32,000 bases of DNA from Halomicronema hongdechloris C2206 (GTDB taxonomy: Bacteria > Cyanobacteriota > Cyanobacteriia > Phormidesmidales > Phormidesmidaceae): NCBI RefSeq assembly GCF_002075285.3, contig NZ_CP021983.2, forward strand, positions 1,860,001-1,892,000, in the 5' to 3' direction. Shown piece by piece: positions 17,426-24,515 of the stretch. Each line of letters opens with the position of its first letter. Within the stretch, counting starts at the first letter, position 1. The position numbers were made by a program, and so were the translations under genes. The notes under the pieces were generated by a model. The model saw nothing but the letters and a program-made list of their open reading frames with translations, searched no databases and had not been told where the DNA came from.

Positions 17426-18750
17426 AATAATGTCACCTTATCAGAATTGCAGTTTAAATTCCGTGTCACTCCTCGAGTGTCTAACACCGCTTTAGCTTTT
17501 CTAACCAAATCCAGATAATCAATTTGGGTGTGGTCAGTGGCAATCAAAACTAAATCAGCTGTAGCAATCACCTCATCAGTTAGCTCAACTGAATAGAGAG
17601 TTTGGTCTTTGATAGTAATGTCTGCTACATAAGGATCATAGTAGATAAGATTTGCGTGATCTTTCAGCAAATGGCTAATAATGGCAATGGCAGGTGACTC
17701 CCGACAGTCGTCAAGATCTTTCTTATAAGCTACTCCCATAACCAAAATTTTCGCCTTAGCTGGTGCTACGCCAAGATTATTTAGAATCCGCCATGCTTTC
17801 TCCCGTACAAACTCGGGCATTCTACGATTGATTTCTCCAGCCAAGGCAATAAAATGGGTTTCAAAATTAAATTCTTTAGCTTTCCACTCTAGGTAGTGAG
17901 GGTCTAGAGGGATGCAATGTCCTCCCACACCTGGCCCTGGATAAAATGGCATGATGCCAAAAGGTTTGGTATTGGCTGCATCCAGTACTTCCCAGACATT
18001 TAAGTCCATGCGATCGCACAACATTGCCAGCTCATTCACGAGCGCAATATTAACAGCTCTAAATGTGTTTTCAAAGACCTTGACTAACTCTGCCGCTTTA
18101 GCACTACTAACCGGAACAATGCTATCAATAGTTTGCTGATAGAAGAAGGCAGAAATTTCACGAGAGCGAGGGTCAGAAGCACCTACTACTTTGTTAGTAT
18201 TTTTGGTGGTGTAACGCTTGTTGCCAGGATCTACACGCTCTGGAGAATGAGCCAAGAAAAAATCTTCCCCCTGTCTTAGCCCACTTATTCGTTCTAGTAT
18301 GGGGCACATAACTTCATCCGTAGTGCCAGGATAAGTTGTTGACTCCAGTGTAATTAGTTGTCCTGGCCTTAGCCGCTTTGCAACCTGCTCAGTGACGCTC
18401 TCAACATAGGTAAGGTCAGGAGTTAAATTGCGGGTCAGAGGTGTAGGAACACAAATGACAATAATGTCTAGCTTGGCAACATCTTCAAAATTTGTAGTGG
18501 CTGACAACTTTCCGGATGTAATTACTTGATATAGATCTTCAGTAGAAACATCAGCAATGTAGCTTTTGGCTTGACTAACTTGAGTTACTCGAGTATTATT
18601 TCGCTCAATTCCTAATACCGAAAATCCAACTTTCGCTTTCTCAACAGCAAACGGTAAGCCAACATAACCTAGGCCAACCACGCCAACTTTAGCTGATCGG
18701 CTTTGAATTTTTTGGCGTAGTTGCCTAAGTATCTCAAGACTATCGCTCAT
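17422..18750 (-). CDS. Nucleotide-sugar 6-dehydrogenase, WbpA/UDP-GlcNAc (or ManNAc) dehydrogenase type
   Basis: VGVVGLGYVGLP is the NAD motif and GVGGHCIPLDP the catalytic-Cys motif. 442 aa. It is the first gene of the cassette. Confidence 0.9.
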   Translation of the reverse strand: MSDSLEILRQLRQKIQSRSAKVGVVGLGYVGLPFAVEKAKVGFSVLGIERNNTRVTQVSQAKSYIADVSTEDLYQVITSGKLSATTNFEDVAKLDIIVICVPTPLTRNLTPDLTYVESVTEQVAKRLRPGQLITLESTTYPGTTDEVMCPILERISGLRQGEDFFLAHSPERVDPGNKRYTTKNTNKVVGASDPRSREISAFFYQQTIDSIVPVSSAKAAELVKVFENTFRAVNIALVNELAMLCDRMDLNVWEVLDAANTKPFGIMPFYPGPGVGGHCIPLDPHYLEWKAKEFNFETHFIALAGEINRRMPEFVREKAWRILNNLGVAPAKAKILVMGVAYKKDLDDCRESPAIAIISHLLKDHANLIYYDPYVADITIKDQTLYSVELTDEVIATADLVLIATDHTQIDYLDLVRKAKAVLDTRGVTRNLNCNSDKVTLL

Positions 18751-18829
18751 AAACTATTGCCATTACATTTTTGGAATAAAACCGAGATTTGATAGTGTAC
18801 TTCAAATACTCGTTAGATATAGAGCCAAT

Positions 18830-19252
18830 CTACTGAGCCCAACGAAAATCACGAATTTCCCCTCCGGCGCGGGCCTGGCGGCGGGTAAAGTCGCCCACCG
18901 AGGGATTACCGCGCGGATGAACTACCCCCGTCGCCTGCCGCCACAACGCCTGCGGCGCCAGTTGCACACGATACCCTCGCGCGCCAATTTTCTCCACGTG
19001 ATACCAGCTGCTGCGCTGGCATTGAGGGCACCAGAATGCCTCTAGCCATTCCCCCTCTAGCAGCACCGTCGAGCAATTCGCCACCAGCATCAAGGCCGAC
19101 AATCGATTCATCCCCTTGGCAGTCAACCGCTGCGGCGATTCGGCATAGAGCGAATACTTCTGACTCACGCTATCTAGATAGCACCCATGAAAAGGACAGT
19201 AAATGGCCCGGCGTTGAGAACGCTTGCGATTTCGGGTACACCTTCTCTGCAT
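18830..19252 (-). CDS. Hypothetical Cys-rich (Zn-ribbon-like) protein
   Basis: 140 aa with CPFHGC ... CPQC cysteine pairs and a basic N-terminus. A strong SD (AAGGAGG) sits 5 nt upstream of the ATG at 19252. It is the first high-GC gene after the island boundary. Confidence 0.6.
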   Translation of the reverse strand: MQRRCTRNRKRSQRRAIYCPFHGCYLDSVSQKYSLYAESPQRLTAKGMNRLSALMLVANCSTVLLEGEWLEAFWCPQCQRSSWYHVEKIGARGYRVQLAPQALWRQATGVVHPRGNPSVGDFTRRQARAGGEIRDFRWAQ

Positions 19253-19506
19253 TCGGCCTCCTTATATCCGTTCAGGCTCCAACCGAGCGTATCTAGCCAG
19301 GATGAAGAAGGCTACGGGGAAGGGACTGAGATCCGTAGACCATCGAAGCCCACTTCGCATCAAATGATAGGGGGACTGATTGTTCTCTGCAACTATACCC
19401 TAAGCCGCGCTCAGGTTGAACCAATTAGCTCATATTATGGCGGCTAAAATCGCATCTCTAGCCGACGACGCCCCCCAAATGGGCTTGGCAGAAGTGATCT
19501 TGCGAT

Positions 19507-19727
19507 CGGTAGGAGTCTGAGATAATCTCACCTAACTACCCGAGAGACCCACTACGGTCATTCCCGCGGCGGCGGGAATCCAGGGAATAAATCTCGGCTT
19601 TGGCTCAGAGTACTCTGCCTGGATTCCGGGTAGCGCTGCGCTTGCCCGGAATGACGGGATTCGGTTTCGCAGTAAGTCTGCTACCTCAGAGACGGTAGTG
19701 GTCTGAGATAATCTCACCTAACTACCC
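19507..19727. repeat. MITE-like hairpin element flanked by 35-bp direct repeats
   Basis: Direct repeats at 19507-19541 and 19693-19727 (cggtagNNgtctgagataatctcacctaactaccc, 2 mismatches). Inside are two inverted hairpin units: attcccgc-ggcg-gcgggaat (19560-19579) and attccggg...cccggaat (19623-19652). Confidence 0.6.
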
Positions 19728-19991
19728 AAATGTTCTCTCAGGCAGAAACTGATGATTCAAAATATCATCTAACGTGAATGGACAAGATCCTGAAAACGTA
19801 TCCTCTGACAATCCTGTGTCACGTTGTGCATCCCGCAATGCCTTGGGATAAATCATCGCCAGTGCTGGTTCCAGTTCTCGCCTTAAACTAGGACTGTCTA
19901 CGAGGAGTATCTCGATTTCATCTCGGTGATGGTCAATTGTTATCAGCCAGCTTTTACTTGGTTTCTCGGGTTGATACTGCCATTTGAATAG
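19722..19991 (-). pseudogene. DUF29 gene remnant (C-terminal 89 codons only)
   Basis: My manual translation gives [82 protein letters not shown]. Bases 19736-19991 align without gaps to 16029-16284 at roughly 80% identity. An in-frame TAA lies immediately upstream of the homology and there is no N-terminal half. Confidence 0.75.
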
Positions 19992-20144
19992 TCTTTATCC
20001 CTGACGACTGCGATCGCGAGCGGCTCTGTCCCGTCATCCTGATGTCTTGATGCTGCATCTCACGATCAGCCATGACAGCCGGTGTCGTATAAGGTTTTCT
20101 TGACCTGGGTTGACATACAACCATTCCCATCGGGTTTTTCCAGG

Positions 20145-20585
20145 CTAATTTGGCCAGAAATCCGGATCCATGACCTGTGGAAACTGATAGGGACAAGTTT
20201 CGGGAAATTGCTCATCGGGTAAGCCCGTTTCTGCTATGGCCAACAGCTTGGCCTCTTCCCAACTCTCCGCCATGGCCTCATCAACGCGAGACTGCAGACC
20301 AGGGTTGCGACGCAACAGTTTCTCAATGGAAAGTCGCTGGACTCGAATGGTTGCTCGCCAGCTATTCGAGCGTTGCCAATGTTGTACTTGCCACTTCAGG
20401 AGATGAGCGATTAATTGAACCAGTCGAGCTTCTAATTGATCGTAATGACGGTTTCCCAAGTCTTCAATCTCTTCAATTAAGTGATCCCGATCGAGCAACT
20501 GAAGCTCGCCCTGCCGTAGGAGTTCGGCCTGCTGAAGCGTCCAGGAGTAGAAATCCGTGTTGTAAAGGGACTCTGCCATTGCCAT
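20145..20585 (-). CDS. DUF29 family protein
   Basis: MAMAESLYNTDFYSWTLQQAELLRQGE...IEEIEDLGNRHYDQLEARLVQLIAHLLKWQ...FPETCPY. I prefer the ATG at 20585 (or 20579) over the ORF-track start at 20654. Confidence 0.8.
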   Translation of the reverse strand: MAMAESLYNTDFYSWTLQQAELLRQGELQLLDRDHLIEEIEDLGNRHYDQLEARLVQLIAHLLKWQVQHWQRSNSWRATIRVQRLSIEKLLRRNPGLQSRVDEAMAESWEEAKLLAIAETGLPDEQFPETCPYQFPQVMDPDFWPN

Positions 20586-20643
20586 CACCTGAGCTGATGC
20601 ACATTGAATACTGGCGATCGCTGAAACCTGGTTGGGATAGAGT

Positions 20644-21372
20644 CTACAGCTCATCCGGATCGACGCCCATGGCCCGCAATCGCTCCGCCAGGTGCTCGGC
20701 CCGCTGATGCTCCTGCTGCGCCCGTTGCCGCTCCTGCTCCGCCCGCCGCCGTTCCTGGGTCAGCAGATCATCCTTAGTCGGTAACCAGACCCCACTCGGG
20801 GTGGCCCAGCGCAGCCACACCGCCTCTACGCCTTGATACTGCCCCGACCAGCGCCCCAGGCTCAGTCCTAAGGATTCACTCGGCAGAAAACCGGCATCGT
20901 TCACCCCCAGCGGTTCGTAGCGGCCTCCCACCAAGCGAAACCCGGCCCAATCCTCTGGATTAAAGGGATCAAACCAGAAATACTCCGGCACCCGCACCTG
21001 TTGCTCGTAGAGACGCTTCTTGCCCATCTTGTCGTACCGGGCCGTACTGGCCGACAACAGTTCAATCACCACGTCGGGGCCTTTCTCTTCTTCCCACACC
21101 ACCCAGCTTTTGCGCTCTTTTTTGGGCACATCCACCACCACAAACACATCTGGCCCCATGTAATCCTGGTTACGCACCTGAGCCATGCTGTAGTAGAGGA
21201 ACATATTGCCGCCGGCATAGCCGTCATGGCGCTGGGCCAACCAGGGCTGCAGCGTCTCTAGCAATAGATCCAGCTGCAGCTTATGGCGCTGAGTTGCCAT
21301 GGGCACACCATCATCACAGGGCAGATCGTCCTGGGTTGGGGGTAAGGGGATATCCAACGGCTGGCTGACCAT
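20644..21372 (-). CDS. Uma2-family (DUF820) putative endonuclease with a C-terminal charged coiled-coil tail
   Basis: PTQDDLPCDDGVPMATQRHKLQLDLLLETL...PDVFVV...GPDVVIELLSAST...KKRLYEQQVRVPEYFWFDP is the typical long-form Uma2 pattern. The tail is RRRAEQERQRAQQEHQRAE. Confidence 0.8.
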   Translation of the reverse strand: MVSQPLDIPLPPTQDDLPCDDGVPMATQRHKLQLDLLLETLQPWLAQRHDGYAGGNMFLYYSMAQVRNQDYMGPDVFVVVDVPKKERKSWVVWEEEKGPDVVIELLSASTARYDKMGKKRLYEQQVRVPEYFWFDPFNPEDWAGFRLVGGRYEPLGVNDAGFLPSESLGLSLGRWSGQYQGVEAVWLRWATPSGVWLPTKDDLLTQERRRAEQERQRAQQEHQRAEHLAERLRAMGVDPDEL

Positions 21373-21420
21373 ATTTGCTCATTCCAAGCATGCAGTGTCT
21401 TTAAGGATAACCTCCTGTGC

Positions 21421-21640
21421 AGTGGGGGGTGATGGGGAGGACAAAGGACGGAGGACGGAGGACGGAGGAAAGTGATGAGTTTTGAGTTTTGAGTGAGTAG
21501 CGTGAGTCGTTTTACCTAGGTGGGGGAAATTATGAGTGGCCAGGGAAGGACCCACGGGAAATGGGGTGGTGGGGTGATGGGGTGGAGTGAAGAGTGTAGG
21601 GTGTTGGCGGAGCCTGCCCGTAGGGCTTAGGGGTGGTAGT
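21421..21640. repeat. Composite purine-rich (plus strand) STRR-like repeat locus with a conserved 71-bp module
   Basis: gtgatgggg motifs, ggacgga x3 (21446-21466) and gagtttt x2. Module 21491-21561 is about 93% identical to 29536-29607. It shares the 18-mer cggaggaaagtgatgagt with the 25.7-kb locus. Confidence 0.8.
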
Positions 21641-21692
21641 GAACTGGGTAAATCTCCCCAAAAGGCGACTTGGCCACTGGGCAGCGCGCTCG

Positions 21693-22298
21693 CTATGCTT
21701 GCAAGGCGCGTCGATAGGCTTTGACGGCTTGAGTTTGGTTAGGATTATCCACAAAGCTGGCCAGGAAGGTGGCATCAAGTTGGGGGAGGAGTTGATTCGT
21801 AGCGCTGGCTTGGTAGCCCGACTCAGGGTCTATCAGGCTGTAGATGCTAAGGTGCTGATGCTCCCAGAACCACACCTCTTGAACGCCTAAGCCTTGATAA
21901 ACCTTGAGTTTATCGATACCGCCACTGGTGAGGACGATTTCCAGGGCGATGTCAGGTACCTCGTGGAGTTCGCCCAGGCAGTAGCATTCATCGGGCTCTA
22001 GGCCACAGGCGGCAGCTTCTTGGCGGAAGGTTGTAGCGCCATAGCCATTGAGATCTACGTCCAGTTCTTCGGCAAAGGCTTCAATCAGGCGAGCAATGAT
22101 TGTCTTGAGGCGTTCATGCTCGGGGGAGGTGGTCATGAGTTCGAGGGTCCCCTCCAGGTAGGTCATCCGCAGCGCCGGAAACTGGTTCATGAAAAGAATG
22201 ACCAGGGCATCGTATTGCTGCCAGGTGACCCCCTCTAATACCAGTCGTTGTTCCTCGGCTGGGAGTGAATGGGGCAGATCGAGCCAGGATGCAGTCAT
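21693..22298 (-). CDS. Uma2-family (DUF820) putative endonuclease, short form
   Basis: LVLEGVTWQQYDALV...MTYLEGTLELMTTSPEHERLK...PDIALEIVLTSGGIDKLKVYQGLGVQEVWFW matches the Uma2 core pattern. Confidence 0.75.
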   Translation of the reverse strand: MTASWLDLPHSLPAEEQRLVLEGVTWQQYDALVILFMNQFPALRMTYLEGTLELMTTSPEHERLKTIIARLIEAFAEELDVDLNGYGATTFRQEAAACGLEPDECYCLGELHEVPDIALEIVLTSGGIDKLKVYQGLGVQEVWFWEHQHLSIYSLIDPESGYQASATNQLLPQLDATFLASFVDNPNQTQAVKAYRRALQA

Positions 22299-22553
22299 AG
22301 TGGGCTCATTACCTCTCTTTCCTTACTGTAGTTCAGGCAGCTCTCTGAGCGAGACTACGCCTCATGCTCCTAACCTGAATAGATGCCCTTTTCGTCAGTG
22401 CTTTCGTCAGTGCCATAGGTGTCGTTGCCATTGTAGTTAGCGATCTCGGTTCGAGTTTGTGAAGGATGATCCATATCCTATGCTGCTGGTCAGGCGTACA
22501 ATCGCTGGAGAAGGTCGTCATACTACGTGCCCTTGATTGCTTAAGGTGAACCC

Positions 22554-23414
22554 ATGAGTGAGTCGTCTACGACCCCAGCGCCGCAGTCCGACCCCGATGA
22601 GATTTCCCTAGTCGACATCCTGTGCTTCTTCGGTCGCACCTGGAAGGTGATTGCCCTGACGACGGTAGGGCTGTCAGCCCTAGGGGTGGCCTGGACGGCA
22701 ACACGGCCTCAGACCTATCAAAAGCACCTGACGGTTGCCATTGCCCCCAGACAGCAGACCATCGATGAGTTGCGGCTCTATGCAGCAACCGGGCTGAGCC
22801 AGGCCCAGGTGGATGCCGTGGCGACTCAGGCGTTATCAGACTACCGCTCCGAGGGGGTGACAACCCAAGTAGAGCACGACACCGAGACGGGCTTGGCGGC
22901 AGTGACCCTGCGATCATCGCAGCAGCCGTCCCCCCTCGAGAATGCGACTCCGGCCCTGCTAGAGGCCTTAGAAACCCAATTAGCAGAGCTTTTGGACTAT
23001 GCCTGCGAAGAAGTGCTGGCCGCCCTAGATAATCGGCTAGAGCGGCAGCGCAGTATTATTCAAGAACTCGAGACCGAAATCGCCCAGGCCCCGCCCCTGG
23101 AAGCCAACCTGGAGAGCCCCCAGCGCACTGCCCTAGAAATGCAGCGGGCGCGCACCCTAGTGGAGCTAGCCTCGCTGGAATATGAGCAGCGCTACATCGA
23201 GACGGCTCAAGCCGATTTAGACAATAGCGTCGACGATTTCTTTCGGGTCCAGGTAATCTCCGAGTCGGCGGTGCAGGCTTCCGGGCAGTCGTTGCTGCAG
23301 GTGGTGATCCTGGCTGCGATCGCAAGTATCATGATCTCTATTCTGGTGGCCATCATCGTCGACCAACTGCCGCGGCTGCGTAAAGAACTCAACCAGGCCA
23401 AGCGTAGCCCTTAA
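22554..23414 (+). CDS. Wzz-like polysaccharide co-polymerase / chain-length determinant (tentative)
   Basis: N-terminal EISLVDILCFFGRTWKVIALTTVGLSALGVAW (Wzz-type motif plus TM1), a long helical/coiled middle, and C-terminal TM2 LLQVVILAAIASIMISILVAIIV followed by basic residues. SD AGGTGA lies 4 nt upstream of the ATG. Confidence 0.55.
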   Translation: MSESSTTPAPQSDPDEISLVDILCFFGRTWKVIALTTVGLSALGVAWTATRPQTYQKHLTVAIAPRQQTIDELRLYAATGLSQAQVDAVATQALSDYRSEGVTTQVEHDTETGLAAVTLRSSQQPSPLENATPALLEALETQLAELLDYACEEVLAALDNRLERQRSIIQELETEIAQAPPLEANLESPQRTALEMQRARTLVELASLEYEQRYIETAQADLDNSVDDFFRVQVISESAVQASGQSLLQVVILAAIASIMISILVAIIVDQLPRLRKELNQAKRSP

Positions 23415-23572
23415 CCCTGGTGCTCATGTTGGCTAGTGAGTCAACCTCAGCATCATTTATAGCTGTAGCCAGCCAGGTTAGGCCATGCCAAATCAGTGAA
23501 TTCTTGACCTAGCAAGCATCCTGATTCTGCCCGCTGCCTTTTTCCGTCTACCAACGACAACTCGGCCAGAGA

Positions 23573-24271
23573 TTACACCAAGACCTGAGGCAACCCACAG
23601 CGCTCATTGGCCGGCACCGCTTCCATGATTTTTTTCGGAGCAGGCAAATCCAACTGGGCCATAAATTCAATAAAATTCTGACGATCGCGACCGACGAAGC
23701 GAGGATTGTAGCGCTTCTCTTCGCCGATGGTGGAGACAGTGTGGCCGCGGTAATCGTGCCCCGGATAAACCCAGGTGGCCTCGGGTAGGGTGAACAGACG
23801 TTGGGTGACGTGATCGTAGAGGGTGCCAGCATCGCCACTCTGAAAGTCGGTGCGACCACAGCCCCGGATCAACAGGGCATCACCGCTCAAGAGGTGGGTG
23901 CCGTTGACCAGATAGGCCATATGGCTGTCGGTATGGCCATGGGTTGCGATGGCCTGAATTGCGATTGCACCCACCGGCAGCGTTTCCTGATGCTGCACCT
24001 GGCGATCGGCACAGGCGGCCTCAGCATTGGCCGGCACAATTCCCTGACAGTCGGTGAGTTCCCGTAGTCGTCCGCTGCCGGTGACATGATCGGCGTGGAT
24101 GTGGGTCTCCAGGCAATAGACCAAGGTCAACCCTAACTCTTGCAGCAACGTGCGATCGCGCTCCACCTGCTCTAGGACCGGATCCACCAGCACCGCCTCC
24201 CCCGTGGCCGGATCCGCCACCAGATAGCTGTAGGTCCAGGTGGCGTAATCAAACAGTTGGCGGAATAACAT
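23573..24271 (-). CDS. MBL-fold metallo-hydrolase, ETHE1/persulfide-dioxygenase-like
   Basis: ETHIHADHVTG (HxHxDH), ATHGHTDSH and GDALLIRGCGRTDF are present. I prefer the start at 24271 (MLFRQLFD) because AAGGAGG lies 5 nt upstream; the ORF-track start is 24328. Confidence 0.8.
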   Translation of the reverse strand: MLFRQLFDYATWTYSYLVADPATGEAVLVDPVLEQVERDRTLLQELGLTLVYCLETHIHADHVTGSGRLRELTDCQGIVPANAEAACADRQVQHQETLPVGAIAIQAIATHGHTDSHMAYLVNGTHLLSGDALLIRGCGRTDFQSGDAGTLYDHVTQRLFTLPEATWVYPGHDYRGHTVSTIGEEKRYNPRFVGRDRQNFIEFMAQLDLPAPKKIMEAVPANERCGLPQVLV

Positions 24272-24515
24272 AGGACCCTCCTTGACGGCTTGCGTCAACA
24301 TGGATTTATTCACTATATTGCCATTCAAGAATATTTAGCCATCAAAAGATTTAGCAGCCCTAGTAGGTAGATGGCTGATTCCGCAGCCGCGGCAGGCCCA
24401 ACTTGTCGCGCCTAGCCCCAGGAAACGTAGCTCATCGGCAACAGAGGCTGAGAAACGATTTGAGTGTAAAGATTCAACTTTATCTTTGATGAGCGATAAA
24501 GCGGAATTAAAGTAT

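Noticed and set aside
19560-19579. Match to the Neisseria dRS3 pattern ATTCCC-N8-GGGAAT
   Set aside because: It is a coincidence of a short hairpin consensus. The organism is clearly cyanobacterial and nothing else here resembles neisserial elements.
19954-20196. 80-aa minus-strand ORF bridging the DUF29 remnant and the intact DUF29
   Set aside because: It is out of frame with both DUF29 sequences and overlaps the 3' end of the intact gene. No motif or start signal supports it.
20177-20707. 176-aa plus-strand ORF
   Set aside because: It is antisense to the DUF29 gene, whose protein pattern is unmistakable. It is a high-GC shadow frame.
21530-21890. ORFs 21530-21778 (-) and 21633-21890 (+)
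   Set aside because: The first spans the repeat module and runs into the 3' end of the Uma2 gene. The second is antisense to that gene. Both are typical high-GC shadow ORFs.
22567-23401. Minus-strand ORFs 22567-22917, 23056-23325 and 23207-23401
   Set aside because: They are antisense to the Wzz-like gene and have Arg/Pro-rich shadow composition.
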